Assembly: GCA_028712565.1 (NCBI GenBank)
Contig: JAQTPW010000002.1
Span: 35,601 to 99,600, forward strand
Source: Minisyncoccota bacterium
GTDB lineage: Bacteria > Patescibacteriota > Minisyncoccia > Minisyncoccales > JAQTPW01
DNA: 64,000 nt
Direction of reading: 5' to 3'
Below the pieces are notes generated by a model that saw only the letters and a program-made list of their open reading frames with translations, did not search any database and was not told the DNA's origin. The stretch's first letter is position 1. Each line of letters opens with the position of its first letter. The position numbers and the translations under genes are program-made. Shown here piece by piece: positions 17,928 to 23,150 of the stretch.

Positions 17928-19685
17928 TTAATTGAGCTTGCAGTCAATCTGAAACCAGTTTTCGGGACGCCAACCGCCAAAATTCGGATTCATAAGCCCA
18001 GGAATTGTGAGAACCGTATTAACGATTATCCAAGCCGCATAAATTATTATCAAACCCACTGCCACGGAAGTTAATATTGATTTTCCTTGCGCTACTAATT
18101 TCGGATTTACTCCCCCAAAAATAAGCATAGCTCCTCCTGATACTACTAATAATACTGCAGCCAAGGGAACAATTCTAAATAAAATAAAATCTAATATCCT
18201 TTTGAACATTACAAAAAAATGGCAGAATTGGCAAGGGCAATCAGGCGTTCCGCAGGGAACCAGCCCTTCTTTGGGGCAATCACTGTAAGTGGGATTGTTA
18301 GGTTCGCCGCCGCCCGATGGCTTGCAGGTTCCTGGGATTCCTACTGCCAAATTCTCGCATTTTGCACTTTTGCATTCCGCGTTGTCATAACATGCCCCGC
18401 CGTTTAATGAATTAGTTGTGTCAAAACAAGCATTGGAAACTGCGCTGCATTCTAAATCTGCGTCTTCACAGCATTTATTATTTGTTGAGTCGCAGGCTTC
18501 TCCTCTGTTTTTGCAAGTCGTGCTGAATTTTTCACACGTCCCCGGATTATTCGGAGTTGGCGAACCGTTGCATTTTTTGCTTTTGCATTCTGCATTATCA
18601 TAACAGTCTTCTCCCGTATCTTTGGCAGCGCTGGGATTATAACAAGCTCCAGATTGGGCGCTGCAATAAGTGCTGTCGCAATCAATGGGCAGGGCGCAGC
18701 TTTCTCCTCTGTCTTTGGTTGTGCAATTCGCTTTGCAGGATTTCTGGCCAGTTGTAGAATTTACACAACAGAAAGTATTATCTGTTTCGCAGCAGGGCTT
18801 TGTGTCGGAACAAGTTTCATTTGTTTTTGCGCAGGAAGTTGTGCAATTTTTTTTGCAGGTTTTTGCGCCGGTGGTTGTATTAAGGCAGCATACAGTGCCA
18901 TCTTCTTCACAGCAGTGTAAATCATCAGAGCAGGTATCATTGGTTTTTGCGCAATCTGGCCCGCATTTGCACACGCCATTTTTACATTTTCCTCCTTCGG
19001 TGCCGCAGGATTTATTGCAGCAGTTATTATCGCAAGAAGTGCCTAATTTAAGAAGACAGCAAAAATCTTCCCCGGCAATGCATTCAGGAGAATCTTCGCA
19101 GCTATATTCCCATCTTCGGCTGCCGGAGCAGCTGTCGATATCTGGGCAGCCAATTAAAGGGTTGCGGCAATCGTCAGAAGTGCAGACACAACTACCGGCG
19201 ACGCAAGAACCGCCTGCACTGCCGCAAGAAGCGGCGCAACAAGAATTGTCGCAGCCAGCTTTTTCAAGAGAACAGCAGGTTTGGTTTGGATAGCCAGCGC
19301 ATTTTGTTGCGCTTGTTATGCATTGGTAGGACCATTTATCCGAACCGCTACAACTTGTAACAGTTGGGCATTCATGGCCCGGGTCGTTGCAATCTGGTTC
19401 TGGATTGCAAACGCAGTTGCCGCCTATACAAGAGCCTCCCGGCCCGCCGCATGTTTGAGAGCAGCAGCCGCTGTCGCAGCCGTCATTAATAGTGGTGACG
19501 CAGCAAGTCGGATCATAAGAACCGCAAGCTTCAGGGTCTAATATACAGGATGATTGCCAGCTGGACTCTCCGGCGCAGCCGGAATCAGGGCAGCCATCGC
19601 AAGATGCAAAAACAGAATTTATTATAAAAAAACTGAAAAATAAAATTAGGGACGAGGTTAAAAAAATAGGTAAATATTTTTTCAT
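17928..19685 (-). CDS. very Cys-rich secreted modular protein with C-terminal CPR-type pilin-like (TrbC/VirB2-like) two-TM domain
   Basis: Signal peptide followed by about 82 Cys by my hand count, arranged in three kinds of internal repeats. The C-terminus reads GLVPCGTPDCPCQFCHFFVMFKRILDFILFRIVPLAAVLLVVSGGAMLIFGG..KSILTSVAVGLIIIYAAWIIVNTVL. The local GC is visibly higher than in neighbouring genes. Confidence 0.8.
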   Translation of the reverse strand: MKKYLPIFLTSSLILFFSFFIINSVFASCDGCPDSGCAGESSWQSSCILDPEACGSYDPTCCVTTINDGCDSGCCSQTCGGPGGSCIGGNCVCNPEPDCNDPGHECPTVTSCSGSDKWSYQCITSATKCAGYPNQTCCSLEKAGCDNSCCAASCGSAGGSCVAGSCVCTSDDCRNPLIGCPDIDSCSGSRRWEYSCEDSPECIAGEDFCCLLKLGTSCDNNCCNKSCGTEGGKCKNGVCKCGPDCAKTNDTCSDDLHCCEEDGTVCCLNTTTGAKTCKKNCTTSCAKTNETCSDTKPCCETDNTFCCVNSTTGQKSCKANCTTKDRGESCALPIDCDSTYCSAQSGACYNPSAAKDTGEDCYDNAECKSKKCNGSPTPNNPGTCEKFSTTCKNRGEACDSTNNKCCEDADLECSAVSNACFDTTNSLNGGACYDNAECKSAKCENLAVGIPGTCKPSGGGEPNNPTYSDCPKEGLVPCGTPDCPCQFCHFFVMFKRILDFILFRIVPLAAVLLVVSGGAMLIFGGVNPKLVAQGKSILTSVAVGLIIIYAAWIIVNTVLTIPGLMNPNFGGWRPENWFQIDCKLN

Positions 19686-19708
19686 TTATTTTTTAAAAAT
19701 TTACTAGT

Positions 19709-19748
19709 GGGACGTAAATAAATTTTTTGTGAAAAATTTACACGTCCC
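19709..19748. repeat. 40-nt hairpin element, copy 1 (copy 2 at 63574-63613)
   Basis: gggacgt-aaat-aaattttt-tgtg-aaaaattt-ac-acgtccc. The two copies differ by compensatory base-pair changes. Confidence 0.6.
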
Positions 19749-19785
19749 TACCACGTGAAAATTTTGCCAAAGCAAACTTTTTACG

Positions 19786-19860
19786 TGGTGCCCCTGCCAG
19801 GATTTGAACCTGGACTTCAGCGTCCGAAGCGCTACGCGATATCCATTTCACTACAGGGGC
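19786..19860 (-). tRNA. tRNA-Arg(TCG)
   Basis: Acceptor GCCCCTG/CAGGGGC, anticodon loop CT-TCG-GA, T arm CCAGG-TTCAAAT-CCTGG. CCA is encoded. Confidence 0.8.
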
Positions 19861-20001
19861 GCAGGGGATGATTTATTTAATTTTATCAAACAGATCGCCC
19901 TTCGACAAGCTCAGGCACCCCGAATCGTATATCGAAGGATGGAAAAAACAATGCTTTTGAGATAGTATTAAATATAATACTGATCTACGAATCGAATCCG
20001 A

Positions 20002-20394
20002 ATGCTGCGAATAGATAAAAAATTGTTATATCCCGATCTGTCATACAAAATTTGCGGTTTATGTTTTGATATTCATAACAAACTAGGCAGGTATCGTAAT
20101 GAAAAGCAATATAGCGATGCTTTGGGAATTTTATTAAAAGAGAACAAAATAAAGTATTCAAAAGAAATGCCTCTTCCCGTATCTTTTGAGGGTGAAAAAG
20201 AGAGAAGGAATATACCTGATTTTATAATAGACGAAAAAATAGTTTTAGATTTAAAAGCAAAACCATTTACGACCAGAGAAGATTATTTCCAAATGCAGAG
20301 ATACTTAAAAGAAAGCGGCAAGGAGTTGGGATTAATAGTTAATTTTCGGCAAAAATATCTGTATCCCAAAAGGATATTAAAAACAAAAAGTTAA
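20002..20394 (+). CDS. GxxExxY family protein (PD-(D/E)xK-like minigene)
   Basis: LSYKICGLCFDIHNKLGRYRNEKQYSDAL...DFIIDEKIVLDLKA...GLIVNF matches my recollection of the GxxExxY family pattern. Confidence 0.8.
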   Translation: MLRIDKKLLYPDLSYKICGLCFDIHNKLGRYRNEKQYSDALGILLKENKIKYSKEMPLPVSFEGEKERRNIPDFIIDEKIVLDLKAKPFTTREDYFQMQRYLKESGKELGLIVNFRQKYLYPKRILKTKS

Positions 20395-20439
20395 ATTTGA
20401 ATCATTCGGATTTTATTTGAATCATTCGGATTATATTTT

Positions 20440-21921
20440 ATGGAGATACCCAAAGAGGTTAAATTTATCATTGAAAAGCTTGAAAAAGCCGGCTTTGAGG
20501 CATATATTGTCGGCGGGTGCGTCAGGGATTTTTTGCGGGGAGTAGAGCCTGAAGATTGGGACGTGGCGACCTCGGCAAAGCCCGAAGAAATACAAAAAGT
20601 TTTTCCAAAAAGCTTTTATGAAAATAAATTTTTAACCGTTACTGCCCAAATTGAAAGCAAAAATCCAAAATTAAAAGAAATTGAAATCACCACTTTCAGG
20701 TCGGAAGCAAAATATACTGACAAGAGGCATCCCGACGAAATTAAATTTGCAAAAACCTTGGAGGAAGATTTAAAAAGGCGGGATTTTACAGTAAATGCTT
20801 TAGCGATTAAATTACAAATTACAAATCACAAATTACAAACGGCTGGAGGATATGACCTGATTGATTTGTTTGACGGCCAAAAAGATTTGAAAAATAAAAT
20901 AATTCGGGCGGTTGGAGAACCAAAAGACAGATTTTCAGAAGATGCCCTGAGAATGATGCGGGCAGTAAGATTTTCCGCAACTTTGGGATTTAAAATCGAA
21001 GAAAAAACCGAAAAAGCAATCGAAGAAAATGCAGCCGGATTAAAATTTATTTCACAAGAAAGAATTAGAGAAGAGTTTTTGAAAATAATTATGTCCAAAA
21101 ATGCGGCCGAAGGAATTGATCTTTTGAGAAAGCTCGGGCTTTTAAAATATATAATTCCCGAACTCTTGGAGGGTTATGGAGTCGGGCAGAACAAACACCA
21201 TATATATGAATGCTATGAACACAGCTTGCGGTCTTTGGCTTTTGCCGCAAAAGAAAAGTTTAATATATATGTAAGGGTGGCTTCTTTGCTTCATGATATT
21301 GGAAAACCTCGGGCAAAAAGAGGAGAGGGCAAGGACTCCACTTTTTATAACCACGAAATTATAGGGGCCAGGATGGCGAGCCAGATTTTAAGCAGGTTAA
21401 AATTTCCCAAAAAGGATGCTGAAAAAATCACAAGATTGGTGAGGTACCACCTTTTTTATTATAATGTCGACGAAGTTTCCGACAGCTCGGTAAGAAGATT
21501 GGTCAGGGAGGCGGGGCCTGAAAATATGGAGGAATTGCTTCAAGTAAGAATGGCAGACAGAATAGGATCTGGAGTTCCAAAAGCAGAACCCTATAAATTA
21601 AGGCATTTAAAATATGTTATTGATAAGGTGGCGCAAGATCCGATTTCTGCAAAAATGCTGAAAGCTTCGGGGAATGACGTGATGTCAATTTTAAAAATAG
21701 AGCCGGGGCCGAAAGTCGGACAAATTTTGGACGTTTTATTAGGCGAAGTTTTGGAAGATCCCAAAAAAAATAAAAAAAATATTTTGGAAAAAGAGATTAA
21801 AAGGTTGGGAGAGATGGGAGAAAAAGACTTGATTTCTCTGGCTGAAAAAGCTAAAAAAGAGCGAGAAAAGGTGGAAACAAAAAGAGACGAAATGACGAAA
21901 CAAAAGTATTGGGTGACGTAG
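20440..21921 (+). CDS. cca: CCA-adding tRNA nucleotidyltransferase with HD domain
   Basis: GGCVRDFLRG..EDWDVAT, RDFTVNALA, and the HD motif LLHDIGKP. Contains an in-frame insert KLQITNHKLQT encoded by an aattacaaattac word repeat. Confidence 0.85.
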   Translation: MEIPKEVKFIIEKLEKAGFEAYIVGGCVRDFLRGVEPEDWDVATSAKPEEIQKVFPKSFYENKFLTVTAQIESKNPKLKEIEITTFRSEAKYTDKRHPDEIKFAKTLEEDLKRRDFTVNALAIKLQITNHKLQTAGGYDLIDLFDGQKDLKNKIIRAVGEPKDRFSEDALRMMRAVRFSATLGFKIEEKTEKAIEENAAGLKFISQERIREEFLKIIMSKNAAEGIDLLRKLGLLKYIIPELLEGYGVGQNKHHIYECYEHSLRSLAFAAKEKFNIYVRVASLLHDIGKPRAKRGEGKDSTFYNHEIIGARMASQILSRLKFPKKDAEKITRLVRYHLFYYNVDEVSDSSVRRLVREAGPENMEELLQVRMADRIGSGVPKAEPYKLRHLKYVIDKVAQDPISAKMLKASGNDVMSILKIEPGPKVGQILDVLLGEVLEDPKKNKKNILEKEIKRLGEMGEKDLISLAEKAKKEREKVETKRDEMTKQKYWVT

Positions 21922-21970
21922 CGGACTAGCCACTAGCCAATAGGGACTAGGGATTAGGGAAATAATAAAT

Positions 21971-22327
21971 ATGTTAAATTCTTACAAAGACCTAATAGTT
22001 TGGCAAAAATCATTTGAATTAGCAAAAGAGATTTTTCAGCTTACGGGGCAATTTCCGCGTTCTGAACTTTACGGATTAACAGACCAAATCAAAAGAGCCG
22101 CAGTATCTATTCCATCAAATATTGCTGAAGGATTTGCGAGAAGGTCAAGAAAAGAATACTCCCAATTTATTGCTATAGCATTTGGTTCAGGCGCAGAATT
22201 AGAAACGCAAATTTTATTGGCAAAAGATTTAAAATTAGTTAATGAAGAAAAATTCGAAAAGTCTTTAAGATTATTAGATGAAATAATGAGGATGTTAAAT
22301 GTTTTAATAAGGAGATTAAAAGAGTAG
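21971..22327 (+). CDS. four-helix-bundle protein (23S rRNA intervening-sequence protein family)
   Basis: YKDLIVWQKSFELAKEI...FPRSELYGLTDQIKRAAVSIPSNIAEG. Confidence 0.85.
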   Translation: MLNSYKDLIVWQKSFELAKEIFQLTGQFPRSELYGLTDQIKRAAVSIPSNIAEGFARRSRKEYSQFIAIAFGSGAELETQILLAKDLKLVNEEKFEKSLRLLDEIMRMLNVLIRRLKE

Positions 22328-22475
22328 TCCACTAGCGGCTAATCACTAGTGGCTAGTCGCTAATCACTAGTGGCTAAATAATGTAACGGGGGCTGGTGTA
22401 ACGGTAACCCCAGTAGCAGAAAGCTGTGCTTTCGCTACGGGGCAAAGCATGTACGTTTACCTCATCCAAATTTAC

Positions 22476-22548
22476 CGGGGAGTAGCGCAACGGTTAACGC
22501 GCACGGTTCGGGACCGTGAGATTATGGGTTCAATTCCCATCTCCCCGA
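22476..22548 (+). tRNA. tRNA-Pro(CGG)
   Basis: Acceptor CGGGGAG/CTCCCCG, anticodon stem CACGG/CCGTG, loop TT-CGG-GA. Confidence 0.8.
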
Positions 22549-22551
22549 CTC

Positions 22552-22622
22552 GGGCCTATGGTCCAGCGGTAAGACGCCGCATTCGCATTGCGGAAACGGC
22601 AGTTCAAATCTGCCTGGGTCCA
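22552..22622 (+). tRNA. tRNA-Ala(CGC)
   Basis: Acceptor GGGCCTA/TGGGTCC with the G3:U70 identity pair. Anticodon loop TT-CGC-AT. Confidence 0.75.
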
Positions 22623-22629
22623 TCAAAGT

Positions 22630-23037
22630 ATGAGTTCAAGAGAAACCGGAAATATCGGCGAAAAAATCGCGGAAAATTTTCTCAAAGAAAAAGGTTATAA
22701 AATTTTGGATAAAAATTATTCTTTTAGAATTTTTGGCCCGCAAAAAGGAGAGATTGATATTATTGCCAAAAAAGACGGAGTGATTTCTTTCGTCGAAGTA
22801 AAAACTTTAGCTTACAGAGGACAGTCATCTGTAAGCTCTGTTTCGGGGGAGCTTTCGAATCCGGAAATTAAAGTTGATTTTATAAAAATGCAAAAGATTA
22901 TAAAAACCGGGCAGAGTTGGTTAATGAAAAACAAAATTCCCTTAGATTCGCCTTGGCGAGTTGATGTGGTGGCAGTAGTAATTGACGAAAAAACCCAAAA
23001 AGCAAAAGTCCGGCATTTGGAAAATGCAATATATTAA
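22630..23037 (+). CDS. YraN family (UPF0102) endonuclease-like protein
   Basis: GNIGEKIAENFLKEKGYKIL..NY....GEIDIIAKK.....FVEVKT. I trimmed the start to the ATG at 22630 because the upstream part of the listed ORF overlaps tRNA-Ala. Confidence 0.8.
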   Translation: MSSRETGNIGEKIAENFLKEKGYKILDKNYSFRIFGPQKGEIDIIAKKDGVISFVEVKTLAYRGQSSVSSVSGELSNPEIKVDFIKMQKIIKTGQSWLMKNKIPLDSPWRVDVVAVVIDEKTQKAKVRHLENAIY

Positions 23038-23150
23038 TTATCAATTTTCAATTCCCAATTATCAATTAAAACCCAATCCTCAATTCTCAAAAGAAAATTT
23101 ATTGGGATTTGGTCATTGAAAATTTGGACTTTTAGCCCTAATATAACTTA

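Noticed and set aside
18219-19541. A cluster of plus-strand ORFs of 60-207 aa, plus alternative minus frames, inside 17928-19685.
   Set aside because: They are mirror or shifted frames of a GC-enriched, TGC/TGT/GGN-rich gene. None has a signal peptide, domain or independent start context. The 585-aa minus-strand frame explains the region.
22449-22700. An 83-aa ORF, and the 5' extension of the 149-aa ORF starting at 22588.
   Set aside because: Both run straight through tRNA-Pro(CGG) and tRNA-Ala(CGC). The YraN-like gene starts plausibly at 22630.
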